From Dictyostelium discoideum (lineage: Eukaryota), in NCBI GenBank assembly GCA_000004695.1, contig CM000150.2, positions 1,696,001-1,760,000 on the forward strand: DNA of 64,000 nucleotides, written 5' to 3'. Below the pieces are notes generated by a model. That model worked only from the letters and a program-made list of their open reading frames with translations, was not told the DNA's origin and did not search any database. This document shows, piece by piece, positions 1 through 19,071 of this stretch (positions are counted from its first letter, which is position 1; the number at the start of each line of letters is the position of its first letter). The position numbers and the translations under genes were made by a program.

Positions 1-937
1 CACTTTGACTATCAATTAATGCTGATGATGATAATTTACTATTAATAAAAAGATCATTTTTGTTATTAATAAGTAACATTGAAATAATATTTAAAATTTG
101 TTCACTACAACCAAGTTTTTCAGATTCAATAATTACTTTTGAATAAATTGGTTCTAATGGTAAACCAACCATAGTATTACCAATTGATGTTAATTTTGAT
201 GATCCATTATCTTGATTTGATGAAATTGCACCTAATCTAAATAATTCATTCAATGATTGATTGATTAATTCTAATGATGGTGATGTAATCATTTCAAAAC
301 TTTTTAAATTATCAATATTAAATGATTTTAATTGTAAAATAAAAGGTGTTAGATTTTTACATTTTTCAATTTCAGGAGTAGTTGTTGTTGTTGTTATTGA
401 AGAATCTTCATTACCAAATGAAAGAGTGGAAACATTATCTGAACCAAAGAAATTTTTAATTTCATTTGCATTTGAATTGGTTGATGTTAATATAACAATT
501 TTTAAATCTGGTCTTTTTGTTGTTGAAATTTCTAATTTCTTTAATAATGCTAATAATAAATCAGTACTTAATGAACGTTCATCAACTTGATCAATAATTA
601 GAATTGAATAATTATTTAATAATGGATCAACAATCATCTCTCTTACTAATAAACCATCAGTAATAAATTTAATTTTTGATTCATTTGAAACTTTTTCTTC
701 AAATCTAATACCATATCCAACAGTTTTACCAACTTGTTCATTCATTTGTTTTGAAACTAATTCTGCTAATTTAATTGCGTTACTTCTTTTTGCTTCTGTA
801 CAAACAATTGTTTTATTTGTTGGATTATCATTTAAAAATAATTTTGGAATTTCACTTGCTTTTTCAGTTTTATCACCACCAACAATAATTAATATTTTTT
901 TAATTTCTAATAATGATAAAATTTCTTTTTTATTCAT
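1..937 (-). CDS. DEAH/RHA-family helicase-like protein, N-terminal part (partial; the gene continues past the window start). The catalytic motifs are degenerate, so it is probably inactive.
   Basis: Minus-strand ATG at 937-935 opens a frame with no stops down to position 1. The translation is MNKKEILSLLEIKKILIIVGGDKTEKASEIPK...IVCTEAKRSNAIKLAEL...VGYGIRFEE...KFITDGLLVREMI...YSILIIDQVDERSL...LPLEPIYSKVIIESEKLGCSEQILNIISMLL. It aligns with DEAH helicase motifs I, Ia, Ib, II and the HA2 region. Motif I (GETGSGKT) is replaced by GGDKTEKA and motif II (DEAH) by DQVD. Absent from the ORF track because it runs off the window edge. Confidence 0.55.
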   Translation of the reverse strand, partial: MNKKEILSLLEIKKILIIVGGDKTEKASEIPKLFLNDNPTNKTIVCTEAKRSNAIKLAELVSKQMNEQVGKTVGYGIRFEEKVSNESKIKFITDGLLVREMIVDPLLNNYSILIIDQVDERSLSTDLLLALLKKLEISTTKRPDLKIVILTSTNSNANEIKNFFGSDNVSTLSFGNEDSSITTTTTTPEIEKCKNLTPFILQLKSFNIDNLKSFEMITSPSLELINQSLNELFRLGAISSNQDNGSSKLTSIGNTMVGLPLEPIYSKVIIESEKLGCSEQILNIISMLLINNKNDLFINSKLSSSALIDSQS

Positions 938-1492
938 TTTGTAAAGAGTTAATAAAAATAATAACAATAAAAATAAAAAATTATTAAATAGTTTTTTTTT
1001 TTTTTTTTTTTTTTACCTAAATTATCATTAGTTTACTGAATGAATTTCCTATACTGATGAAATTTTCATTTTTCTGAAAGTCTATTTTTTTTGTTTTATT
1101 TTAACAAAAGCAACTTTTATTTATGAAAATTTTTAAATTAAAAAATAAAAAAAACATTGTTTCAAAACGATGGGTGATTTTAACATTTTATTTATTAGGT
1201 TACATTTAGATTATAATACGAAAAAAAAAATAAAAAAATAAAAAAAATAAAAAAATAAAAAAAAAAATAAAAATAAAAAATGATTAAAAAGGACAAAAAT
1301 GTGTAAAAATGACAGCTGTTCTTTTATCTTTTATTTTTTTAATTTTTATTTTATAATGTATTTTTTTTTTTTTTTTTTTAATAAGATTATCTCCAGTTAC
1401 CATAAATATCCAAATAAAATAAATCCCTTTCCTCTTAGTCGTTTTTTTTATTTTTTATTTTTTTTTATTTTTTAATTTTTTTTTAATTTTTA

Positions 1493-2824
1493 TTAAAAAT
1501 GATAAAACTCTTCACCAGCATACTCAAATGAATTACCATTTGATCTATGAAGTTTTTCAAGTTCTTCTTCAATTTTCATTAATCTATTATATTTTGATAA
1601 TCTTTCAAATCTACAAGGTGCACCAGATTTTATTTCACCAGTACCAAGACCAACTACAAGATCAGCAATGAAATGATCATCAGTTTCACCTGAACGATGA
1701 CTAACTAAACAACCCCAACCAGCTTCTTTTGCAAGTTTTGCAGCTTCAATAGTTTCAGTTAGTGTACCGATTTGATTTATTTTCAATAATAATGAATTTA
1801 CAGTTTTCTCAGAAATTGCTTTTTTAATTCTTTCTGGATTTGTACAAAGTAAATCATCACCAATGATTTGAATTTTATTACCAATTGCAGCTGTAATTTT
1901 ACCATGATTTTCCCAATCATCTTCACCAAATGGATCTTCAAAGAATGCAATTGGATACTTTTTTAAAATCTCTAAATATCTAGACATTAATTGCTCACCA
2001 CTATTTAAACTAGACTTCAAATGTGAGGATCCTATATTCTTGAAATCCATATCATATTTTGAAGTCTTTGGATTCCAAAATTCTGAAGCAGCAGAATCAA
2101 TACCAATTTTAATAACATCTTGATAGCCCGAATGATTGATAGCATCCACTAACAGAGTTAATGCTTCTTCAGGTGAAGTCAAATTTGGTGCAAAACCACC
2201 TTCATCTCCAACATTTGTAGCATCCAAACCATATCTTTCCTTGATGATCTCTTTGAGTGAATGGTAGACTTCTGAACCATAACGCAATGCTTCTTTAAAT
2301 TTTGGTGCACCAATGGGTACTAGCATAAACTCTTGAAATGGTAGTCTATTACCTGCATGTTTTCCACCATTAATAACATTAAAACATGGTACTGGTAAAC
2401 GAATATTACTATTTCCAGCCAATTGTGAAATGTAACGGTACAAGGGCACACCTTTAATAGAAGCGGCTGCTCTTGCCACTGCCATTGATACACCAACGAT
2501 TGCATTGGACCCAAGTTTTGATTTATTCTTTGTACCATCCAATTCAATCATTTTATCATCTATTGCTTTTTGATTATCAACTCTCATACCTTTCAATGTT
2601 GGTGATATTAAATTATTTACATTAACAATTGCATTCAAAACACCATATCCAAAATAACGACTTTTATCACCATCTCTTAATTCAAATGCTTCATGAATAC
2701 CAGTTGATGCTCCACTTGGTACTTTGGCTGAAAACATTCCTTCACTTGTCCATACTTCAACTTCTAATGTTGGATTACCTCTACTATCCAAAATTTCTCT
2801 AGCTTTAATTGATTCAATACTCAT
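1493..2824 (-). CDS. Enolase (2-phospho-D-glycerate hydro-lyase), single exon, 443 aa
   Basis: The ORF translation carries the enolase signatures [71 protein letters not shown] and SHRSGETDD. Confidence 0.93.
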   Translation of the reverse strand: MSIESIKAREILDSRGNPTLEVEVWTSEGMFSAKVPSGASTGIHEAFELRDGDKSRYFGYGVLNAIVNVNNLISPTLKGMRVDNQKAIDDKMIELDGTKNKSKLGSNAIVGVSMAVARAAASIKGVPLYRYISQLAGNSNIRLPVPCFNVINGGKHAGNRLPFQEFMLVPIGAPKFKEALRYGSEVYHSLKEIIKERYGLDATNVGDEGGFAPNLTSPEEALTLLVDAINHSGYQDVIKIGIDSAASEFWNPKTSKYDMDFKNIGSSHLKSSLNSGEQLMSRYLEILKKYPIAFFEDPFGEDDWENHGKITAAIGNKIQIIGDDLLCTNPERIKKAISEKTVNSLLLKINQIGTLTETIEAAKLAKEAGWGCLVSHRSGETDDHFIADLVVGLGTGEIKSGAPCRFERLSKYNRLMKIEEELEKLHRSNGNSFEYAGEEFYHF

Positions 2825-3887
2825 TTTTTAAAATTATAATTATTAAAATATTAAAAATAATAATAAAAAAATAATTATTCAAATAAATAAAATTATTTAA
2901 AATAATAATAATAATTATTTAAATTAAAAAAAAAAAATAATAAAAATAAAAAAAGAGTGTGGTGTGTTATACAACTCTTTTTATTAATTGTTTACAAATG
3001 AATATTTATTAAAAAATTCCATGAATAAATGGTGGGATAAAAATAATAAAAAAAAAAAAATTTTAAATTTGATAGGGTTATTTAAAAAATAATAATAATA
3101 ATAATAATAATAATAATTTTATCATGGTCTTTCTTTCAATATATTTTCTTTATATTCCATTGGGCGAATAATATTATTTTCTTAATTGATCGAAATAAAA
3201 AATTCAAAAATAGTAATTCAGAGTAAGGGCATAATTTGATAATTGTAAAACGAGTTTTTGATTTGTTAAACTCCACCTCTTGGACCAAGTTTATTAAAAA
3301 ATGAAGCTATCATTTTTAAATTTTTCCCAAAATTAATTTGAACTGATTTAGAATTAATCTCTAATGATTTATTTGAAGAAAATGATGATGATGATTACGA
3401 TGATTTGTGACACATAAATTTTCAACCCCCATACCACAAACATTATTAATTTATTTTTTTATTTTTTTTTATTAGTTTTAATTAAAATATTATTATTTTT
3501 TTATTTTTTTTTTTTTTTTTGTGGTAAATATTTAACTTTAATTCTTTGTTTGAATAGTTTATTTGTATTTTATTTTTTATATCAAATAATCTAAAAAAAA
3601 AAAAGAATAAAAAAAAAAAAATAAAAGAAAAAAATAAAAAAATAAAAAAATAAAAAATTCATTGTAATATTACAAAGTAGTATTAAAAACTCTTTTCTAT
3701 GTACGGATATCAAAAAATTACTTTTATTATATTAATTTATTTTTATTTTTATTTTATTTATTATTTTTAATATTTATTTTTATTTTTATTTTATTTAAAG
3801 TTTTATATTTCAAAATAATTGGAACAATATCTATCTAAAAAAAGTAATTGTTGAAAACATTGTATAATACTTTTTTAGTGCTTTCAC

Positions 3888-3918
<31 letters not shown>

Positions 3919-4276
3919 AAAAAATAAATTTAAATTTTTATTAAGAAAATACTAAGAATTTATTTAAATAATACCCTTTTACAATTTTCTTATTTTGAAT
4001 ATTTCCAGATTTGGAAATTTTCTTTTTTGGCTATTGGATTTTACTTAAAATAGTAAAACTTCCTTTTTTTAATTTCAAATAATTTTAAAAAATTGAAAAT
4101 GATCTCGTAAAAATAGAAACTTTGTTTGAAAAAAAAAAAAAAATAATCATTTATACAAATGTAAAAAAAAAAATAACAAATAGAAAACAAATCTAACTCT
4201 AAAAATTAAAAAGGTTTAGATAAAAGTTGATTGATATTATAAAATATAAAAAAAAAAGGTAAAGTTATTAAAAAAA

Positions 4277-4308
<32 letters not shown>

Positions 4309-4921
4309 CAAATTAAATCTAACTTTAATATTCTTTTTTATAAAGTAATTTTATCAAATAAAAATGATTTACATTCAATTATAATCAAGATAATATAATA
4401 TAATATAATATAATATAATAAAATATATGAATCAATACCAATAAAATGAAAGAGAAAGGAAAGATTTATCTATGCACTATATCATAAAGAAAGGTTGATA
4501 ATAATAAAATATAAATATTATTTCTAAACAAATAAAATTAATCAATTCTAATCAAATGTCAGAGAAGGAAAGATTTATCTGTGCACTATGGCATTTTGAA
4601 AAGAGGATGATATCATTAATAAATAAAAAATTAGAATCCAAAAAACCAAAAATAAATTAAAAAAACTAAAAACTAAAAATAAAATTAAAAGGTTTAATAA
4701 AATGTATATTTTTTTTTTTTTTTTTTTTATTTTTTTTGGTGGTATTCTTTGGGAAAGTGTGAAAAAGTTTTTTTTTTTTTTTTTTAAAATTATTAATTAT
4801 TTTGTTTAAAAACAAAACAAAACAAAATAAAAATAATTTTAAAAAAAAGAGATTGAATAATAGTTTTAAAAAATAATTGTTTATTAAATACTTTTTAACA
4901 AAATTGAAAAAACATAAATGT

Positions 4922-5623
4922 TTAATAAAGTTTTCCCTTCTTTAATCTGTTGGCTGGTTCAGAGAAGAGTTTAGTACCATCATTACTCCAGTAAATGTAG
5001 AGAGCTTTACCACCAAATTTGGTACGATCTTCTTTTGGAATGTTAATATCGTAAACAGTAGTCCAAACACCAAAAGCACCTGGTTTCATGAAACATAATC
5101 TAACTGGATCATCATTCTTTGGCCAGTTGATTCTTTCAGAATCTACTTTGTATTTTGGATCAGAGGTTGCTGGTTTACCTGTTGAATCACCTGCTTTAAC
5201 CTCTATTAATTTTAAAAAAAAAATTATATTAAATTATTAATAATTTGTATTCCAGTTTTTGAAAGTGATTAATTTAATATTTTTTTATTTTACGTACCAC
5301 AATAATCTAAACCAGAATCAACATGATCAGAGTTATAAATACGGATTGCCTTGTTCCATGCAGTTGATTCTACAATTAAATAAATTTTAAAACCTCCTAC
5401 CTTTTCATCATCATCAACTTTTTTTTTTTTTGGTGACAATTTTTATTTTTTAAATAGAATTAAAAAAATAAAAAAGTTAGGATTTCGATAATAAATGATT
5501 AAAAAAAAGAGATAAATAAAAATAATAATTACCTAATTCATAAACAACGTCTTTCATTGCTGCCTCATTGCTAGATTTAATGAGACCATTGACAATATTG
5601 AGAAATCTATATGGGACCATCAT
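4922..5623 (-). CDS. Hypothetical small protein, about 163 aa, 3 exons (5623..5533, 5417..5298, 5202..4922)
   Basis: The splice model is phase-consistent: donors TTAG|gtaatt and TGTG|gtacgt, acceptors aaaaag| and ttaatag|. Product: MMVPYRFLNIVNGLIKSSNEAAMKDVVYEL/VDDDEKVGGFKIYLIVESTAWNKAIRIYNSDHVDSGLDYCG/EVKAGDSTGKPATSDPKYKVDSERINWPKNDDPVRLCFMKPGAFGVWTTVYDINIPKEDRTKFGGKALYIYWSNDGTKLFSEPANRLKKGKLY. Codon usage and composition look coding, but I do not recognise the fold. Confidence 0.5.
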
Positions 5624-6051
5624 TTTTTAATTTTTTTTTTTTGAATTAACTTTAAAGAATATTTTTTAAATAATAAAAATAAATTTAAAAAATTTGGTTA
5701 AATACTTTTTTTTTGATATGAATTAAATTATTTTTTAAAAAAAAAAAAATTAATAAAAATATAAAAAAAAAAATTGAATCAATTACCACTTTAATATCAA
5801 AGAATATCTTAGGGTGTTTCAAAAAAAAATTTTAAAAATTTCCTAACTGTAAAGTTTTTTGTTTGCATTTTTAAAAAAAAAAAAAAAAAAAACCCCCTTT
5901 TAATCAAAGATAATATAATAAAAGAGCTGTAAAATTTTCAATAATCAATCATTGTGTTTAGCAGTGGTAAAATATATTAAATTTAATAACAAATTTTTTT
6001 TTTAGCGATAACCAATCATTTGTGATTTTTAATAAAACAATCACAAAGTTT

Positions 6052-6083
<32 letters not shown>

Positions 6084-6483
6084 CCTAACTGTAAAGTTTT
6101 TTGTTTGCATTTTTAAATAATAAATTCAACCAATGGATTTTATTACTTTTTTTTATAAAATTAAAAACAGTGCAACACTGTCACTGTTTTTGATTTTATT
6201 TGAAAATTTATAAAACATTAATCTAAAAAAAAAAAAAAAAAAAAAACAAAATGCAAAAATAGAAATCTCGAAATATCTCATTTTTACATTTTGGTTACAT
6301 TTATTTTTTTGATTTTTTTTTTAAAATTTTTTGAATTGGTGTTTGATTGGTAAAAAAAACAAAAAAAATTTGGTCTGAAAATCAAATTGACAAATAAAAA
6401 AAAAAAAAATTCTTCATCAAAAAAAAAAATAAAAAAAAATTACATGATTAAAAAGAGATTTAAAAAATGATTTTTCTTTATTT

Positions 6484-12162
<5,679 letters not shown>

Positions 12163-12857
12163 AATTTTAAAGTATTATTTTATATGTATTTGTTTTGAAG
12201 GAAATTAAAAAAAAAATAAAAAAAAAAATAAAAAAAACAAAAAAAATAGTTTTTATAAATTATGTTTCATATTTCTTGGAAAATAATAAAATACAGTAAA
12301 AAAAAAAAATTTTCAAAAAAAAAAAATAAAAATAATAAAAAATAAAAATAAAAATAAAAATAAAAATAAAAAATCTAAAATGAAGTTCCACAAAAAAAAA
12401 ATTAATAAAAAAAAAAACTTTTTTTTTATAAATGAGCGGTATACATATATAATATCACCCACCAATGGAATTATTATAATTAAAAAAAAAACAAAAAAAA
12501 CAAAAAAAAAGAATTTAATTTTTTTTAATTTTTTTATTTTTACTTTTTTTTTTTAATTTTTTTTTTTTTTTAATTTTTTTTTAAAATTTTTAATTTCAAA
12601 AATACAAATTCACCACCATTTATCTCTTAGTTCTATTTTTTGTAATACTTCATATATAAAATATATTTTTTTTTTTTTTTTTTTTGTTTTGTTAATTTAT
12701 TTTTATAAATTAACAAAATAAAAATTAAATAATAAATAAATTAAAATAAAATAAAATAAATAAAAAAAAATAAAAATAAAAAATAAAAACTAAAAATAAA
12801 CAAAAAAACAAAAATAAAAACTAAAAATAAACATAAAAAAATAGTAATATTAATAAA

Positions 12858-12887
<30 letters not shown>

Positions 12888-12890
<3 letters not shown>

Positions 12891-13563
12891 AATTTTTCAA
12901 AATCACAAGATATTGTAAACGAAATTGAAAGAATTAATGGTATTTTAGTAAGCAATTTTGTAAAACATCAAGATGAAATTAAAAAATTACATAAAGATAT
13001 TGATGAATTATCAAAACAAAAGAAGGAAATTGAAACTAAATATTTAAATCTTTTAAATGGAGGTAGTAATAATAATGATAATTCACAACATCATCATGAC
13101 TCACTAAAAGAGAATAATCATATTATTAATAAAACAGCATCAGAAAATAAAACTATAAATAATAATAATAATAGTAATAATGATTCACCATCAACTTCAA
13201 TCGATTTCTCAAAAGAGAATTCATTAATAATTAAAAATCAAGAATTAGAAAATAAAATTAAAAATTTAGAACAAGAAATTTTAAAATTAAATAATAATAA
13301 TGACACTGAACAAGAAAATTTTGAAAAAGAAATTGAAGAACAAAAACATGAAATTTCAAAATTACAACAATTGATTAATGAACAAAAACAATCAATTAAA
13401 CTATTACAAGTTTATGAATTTAAAGAGAGTAAACTAATTGAAGAAAGGGATTCATTATTATCGAAATTAGAAGTTTCAAATAATAGTTATACTCAATTGA
13501 AAGAGTTATTGATGGAAAAAGATAAAACCATTCAAGAATTTAAATTAAAGATTGACCAATTCG

Positions 13564-13594
<31 letters not shown>

Positions 13595-15132
13595 CAACCC
13601 TGATGTAAACTCACAATTATATAAAGATTATCAAGCTTTACAAATGAAATCTGATGAACAAACTGAATTAATTCCAAAGTTAGAGATTCAATTAGAGAGT
13701 GAAAAACAAGCATTAATTCATCTTACCAATCAACATAATGAGACTTTACAAGAGTTACGTACAAAATCGGATGCATTAGAATCATGTATTGATAAAATCG
13801 TTAAATTAGAACAAGAGAATCAACAAACCATTCAAAAATTAAATGAACAATCTGAAGAATCTGAAAAATTATTTGAACAACAAAAATTAAAATTTGAACA
13901 AGAAATTAATCAATTACAAAATGAAAAACAACAACAACAACAAAATGAAAATGAAAATGAAAAATCTGAAATTTTAGTAAAAGAAATTGATCAATTAAAA
14001 CAATTACAAATTTCAATTGAAAATGAAAAGAATGAGCTTAAAGAATCATTTGAAAAGGAATCAACAGAATTAAAGAAACAAATCCAACAATTGGAACAAA
14101 ATATTAGTAATGAAAATTTAAATGAGAAACAAGAATTAGAGAATGAAAAACAACAATTGAAAACTGAAATTAAACGTTTAGAAGATTCAATTGAAAATGA
14201 AAAACAAGTACTAAAAGATACCTTTGAAAAAGATTCTTTACAATTAAAAAATCAAATTCAACATTTAGAATCTGTCATTAATATTGAACATAAAAAAGAA
14301 AAAGAATTATTTCAAGAGGAATTTCAAAATTTGAAAACTCAATTAACTCAATTACAAAAAGAAAATGAAGAATTAAAAAATAATAATAATAATAAAGAAA
14401 ATGTTGATGAATTAAATGAAAAATTAAAACAATTTCAATCAATTCAAAAAGAGAAAGATGAATTGATTGATGTAAAAATTAAAGAGATTGAATCAATTAA
14501 ATTGGAGAATAGTGAATTACAAAATCAAGTAAAGGCATTACAAGAGAATGAACAATTGAATGGTAATTCATCAACTGAAAAAGATTTAAAAATTCAATCC
14601 ATTACTAATGATCTAACTCAATTGAATGAGAAAATTAAAATATTACAATCTGAAAAGGATCAACAAATTGAATCTTTAAAAAATAAATTAGATGATCAAG
14701 TTAAAGGTAGAATAGAATTACAAAGTCATTTTCAACAAGAAAGAGATTCAAATAGAAATCTTTTAGATAGATTACAAGAAAAAGATTCTGAATTGGAAAC
14801 TTATACTCATTCAATTACAAAAATTAAAAATCTTGAACAATTATCACGTGCTCAACAAGATAAAATCATTCAATTAGAAAACCATATTAAAGAAATTTAT
14901 CAAGATAATGATAATGATTCATCATCAACAAATAACAATAATAATAATAATAATAATAACAACAATACAAATGTAAGAACTTCAACATCTTCTACAACTT
15001 CAATTACAAATGGTATTAGATTCATTGATTCAAATTCTGATCAAACTTTTCATCAAGAACAAGAACAAGATAGTGATGGTAATATTACAACTATTGTAGA
15101 TGTTGAATCAAATAGTAGTCAAGAAGATCATC

Positions 15133-15192
<60 letters not shown>

Positions 15193-15434
15193 GTAATAAT
15201 AATAATTATAATAATCATTCTCATCCACTAGCAACACCAGCTTCTAAAAATGTAGTTGATGTTATTGATGCTTTGATTGAATCTGGTACACCACCAATTT
15301 CTTCAACTCAACCATCAACTGATGTTGAACCTTTAGTCGATATTAATTTTAAATTTGAAGATTCAAATGATGATAATAATAACAATAATGATAATAATAA
15401 TAAAAGTAGCAATCAAGATGATGATATGTTTTAA
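12888..15434 (+). CDS. Long coiled-coil protein (E/K/Q/L-rich heptad repeats with poly-N tracts), 848 aa, single exon
   Basis: One uninterrupted ORF with a strongly heptad-like EK/QL composition throughout (…LKIKNLEQEILKLNNN…ELENEKQQLKTEIKRLEDSIENEKQ…). There is no catalytic domain I can recognise. Confidence 0.7.
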
Positions 15435-15741
15435 ATTATAATTTTTTATTTAATTATTTATTTATTTTTATTTTTTATTTTTTTTTTTTTAAAGGAAAAA
15501 TAAAAGAAAAAAAAGAAAAAAAAAAATATTTTGATTTAGTTTTAGAAAAAAAAAAAAAAAAAAAATTCAAAAATGGAAAACTTTGGAACAAAAAAATTTT
15601 TCCATATAGATTTGTTTTGATTTGTTTTTTTGAATGATTTTTTTTTTTTATTTTTTTTTTATTTTTTTTTTTTATTTTATTTTTTTTTTTTTTTTTTTTT
15701 TTTTTTGGCTTGTAAAACGAAAAAAATAAAATTTATTTTTT

Positions 15742-15780
<39 letters not shown>

Positions 15781-16113
15781 TCATACCTATGGTATTATCA
15801 TTATAAATATTTTTTATTTTTTTTTGTTTTTTAGTGGTCCTCAAGAAAATAAAATATAAATAAAATTTTAAAGAAATATAATTTTTTATATTATTACAAT
15901 AAAATCCAATTCCCACCCTTTTTTTATTTTTTTTTTTTTACAACATTTTGAAAAGTCTAAGGAAAATTTTATTTTATTTTTTTTTTTGACCACACATATC
16001 CAAACTGTCACATAAATTAACAAATAAAAATTAATAATAAATAATTCACATAAAAAAACAATATCTAAAGATAGAGTAGTTTCAAATAGTAATACCAATA
16101 TTTCAATTTTTAA

Positions 16114-16151
<38 letters not shown>

Positions 16152-16182
16152 CACCAAAAAAAAAAAATAAAAAATAAAAAAT

Positions 16183-17033
16183 ATGGCCAATGAAGATACA
16201 ATTGCATTACCAGGTCAAGATTATGATGTTGTACCAATTGATGTATTATCAAAAAATACATCAATAAAAACATTAGATTTAAGTTATAATAATATAAAGT
16301 AAGATATACTTTTTTTTTTTTTTTTTTTCCACAATCTCTGACCCATATATACCTATCATTTTTATTATTATATAGAAAAGTGGAATCACTCGAAAGTTTT
16401 AAACAATTAACATCATTAGTATTAGATAATAATAGAATTGGATCAAATAATACTTTTCCAAATTTACCAAATTTAAAAACATTATCATTAAATAATAACG
16501 ATGTATGGTTTTTTTTTTTTTTTTTTTTTATATATATAATATTAAAAATTCAATCAAATATCATTAATTAAAAACTAATTTTAAAATGATTATTATTGTT
16601 TATTTAGATTTCAGATTTAAAAGAATTTATAGATTCAATTAAAAACAAATTCCCAAATTTAACATTTTTAAGTTTATTAAAGAATCCAGCATGTCCAAAT
16701 TATTATTTTACAGGATTAGATTTTAATGATTATCAAAAATACAGATACTATATTTTATATCACTTAAAGAATTTAAAATTTTTAGATTCAACACCTGTAA
16801 CATTGGAAGAGATTAAAGAAGCTGAAAGACAAGGTATTTATTCAATCCCTGCTAAACCAACTCAACAAGATATCATACCCGATGAAGCGGATGAAGATGA
16901 ACCAGTCTATAAATCATTATCAAGTGAATTGGCTCAAGAAGGTAAAGGAAAAGCTTCCTTTGGTGTTAGTACTTATGTTTATTATGGTAGACAATCTGAA
17001 GGTAATAGATTCATTATGAATGATGATTTATAA
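16183..17033 (+). CDS. Leucine-rich-repeat protein with LRRcap (U2A'/ANP32-like architecture), 3 exons (16183..16298, 16376..16502, 16608..17033), about 222 aa
   Basis: Exon 1 ends ATAAA|gtaagat (phase 2) with acceptor tatag|. Exon 2 ends AACGAT|gtatgg (phase 0) with acceptor tatttag|. Product: …LDLSYNNIKKVESLESFKQLTSLVLDNNRIGSNNTFPNLPNLKTLSLNNNDISDLKEFIDSIKNKFPNLTFLSLLKNPACPNYYF…YRYYILYHLKNLKFLDSTPVTLEEIKEAERQG. These are LRR repeats followed by an LRRcap-like segment. Confidence 0.75.
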
Positions 17034-17704
17034 AATATATATATCTCTCTCTCTTCATTATCATCATTATCATCATTATCATAATCATCATCAACAACAC
17101 AACTACCATTATCATATAATCTTTACAATCATTTATATAATCAATTAATATGGTTGAAGAAGAAAGAAAAAATAAAAAAAAAAAAAAAAAAAAAAAAAAA
17201 CTACCGATACAAAGAAAAAAAGAAAAAAAAAGAAAAAAAAAGAAAAAAAAGAAAAAACAGTAAAAAAAAATTCTCACAAGTTCCAAATTTAAATTATAAG
17301 TTATTATTAGTCTTTCGATTTGAAAACTATTATTTTTGTAGTTTAAAATTTAATCTCTATAATTTTTTTTTTTTTAAAAAAAAATTGTACATATAAAAAA
17401 AAAAATACATAGAGAGTGCAAATAAAATAAATAAAAAAAAGAAATTTAAAAAAAAAAAAAAAGATAAAAGGTTTTATTATATTAGTAGGATTTAATTTAA
17501 ACAAATTTAAAAGAGTTTTATTTTTTCATTTTATATTTTTTTTTTTTCCCTAAATTAATATATACAAGTCACACATATTTAAAATTAGTTTTTTTTATTT
17601 AAGTCAACTAATTTAAAGAACTATAAATTTAAAACTTTTTTTTTCTTGTTGATATTATTATTATTTATTATCAAATAAAATATAAAATACAAATTATACG
17701 TTTA

Positions 17705-17999
17705 ATAAAAAACAATGACAATTTTCAGTAAGTATATTACTTAAAATTTTGTCAAGAATGTTATTGACAATAATATTATAAAAAAAAAAAAAATAGATTC
17801 AATTTCGTCAATTACAAATTCAACACACTCAAATAGAAGTTTAATTGCTATATCAAATCAAGGTTTAGTAAATGTTAATAATAATAATAATAATTCTATT
17901 ACATGTTTTGATGGTGGTTGTTGTGGCAGTGGAAATACTAACATTATCAACATAGATATTGATATTGTTAGTCGCCGTCGTCATAGTAGTTGTTGCTAG
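17705..17999 (+). CDS. Small Cys/Gly/Asn-rich protein, about 71 aa, 2 exons (17705..17717, 17797..17999). Resembles the Dictyostelium hssA/2C/7E small-protein family.
   Basis: ATGACAATTTTCA|gtaagtat, an 80-nt A-rich intron, then aaatag|ATTCAATT… Product: [71 protein letters not shown]. The 13-nt first exon with a phase-1 intron and the MT(I/L)F.SISS start fit the family as I remember it. Confidence 0.5.
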
Positions 18000-19071
18000 T
18001 TTATTTATTTTAATTATTAAAGTGTTTAAATAAATAAAACAATCTTTAAATTTATTTTATTATAATTTATCTTATTTTTATTTTATTTTATTATAGATTT
18101 TATTTATTATTATTATTTTTTCTGTTTTATTTTTACAACCAATAAATAAATAAAAAAAAAATAATGAATTAAAAAAAAAAAAATCCAATCAAAAGATTAA
18201 CAAGAAAACAATCTGATAAAATAAAAAATAATTGTAAAATAGTATTTTTCAAATTATCAATTATTTTTATAAAAATAATAACATTTTTATCCAATAATTA
18301 ATACTCTTATTAAATGAAAAAATAACTAGATGATGGGCATTTTTTTTTTTGGGGGATTTGAAATACTAAATATAGAAATATCATTTAAAACAATTTGGCA
18401 AGAAATATGTATAGAAAAAAAAAAAAAAAAAAAATATTTTGTGATACATAATATAACTTTTATACATTGGATCGTATATGTGTAATTTACAATAAAAAAA
18501 AATAAAAAAAAATATAAACACACTATTCAAATTATTTTTTTTTTCATTTTTTTTTACATTTGTTGGCAATAAAAAAAAAAAAATCATACCCCACTTACCC
18601 ACACTACAATAAATACTAAAATAATCATTTCAAACAACAATAAAAATAAATAAACTTACCTCAAAACAAATGTTTTGCAATACTATCTGAAATTTTTCTT
18701 TACTATTTTACTGTTCTTTGAATTCAAAGAAAACAAAAACTGATATTATTGGTTTGTTAATATTAAAGGGGATGGAGAATAAAGCTGTAACAAACATTGT
18801 TAATTAGAAAATAAACACTTTTAAAATGAAAATTATTCATTTAAAAATATTTATTCAATAGAAAAGAAATTTCATTTGAAAAAAAACAATTAAATAATTG
18901 AAGTCCATTTATTCATCAAATAATACATCAATACCAATTTTTCAATTAAATATTAAATAAAAAATCATTTAAAAATATAAAAAATAAAATAAGATTTTAA
19001 TTGATTAAATTTTTTTTTTTTATTGTTTTAATTATCTTTATTTTTATTATTTTTATTATTTATAGGATAAA

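Noticed and set aside
2320-2547. 75-aa ORF in an alternative minus-strand frame nested in the enolase gene
   Set aside because: Enolase is unambiguous, and the nested ORF has no coding features.
3290-3420. Short ATG-initiated reading frames near gagtaagggcataatttgat… and the Asp-rich (gatgatgatgat) stretch
   Set aside because: Stops occur within about 12 codons in every frame, so there is no gene.
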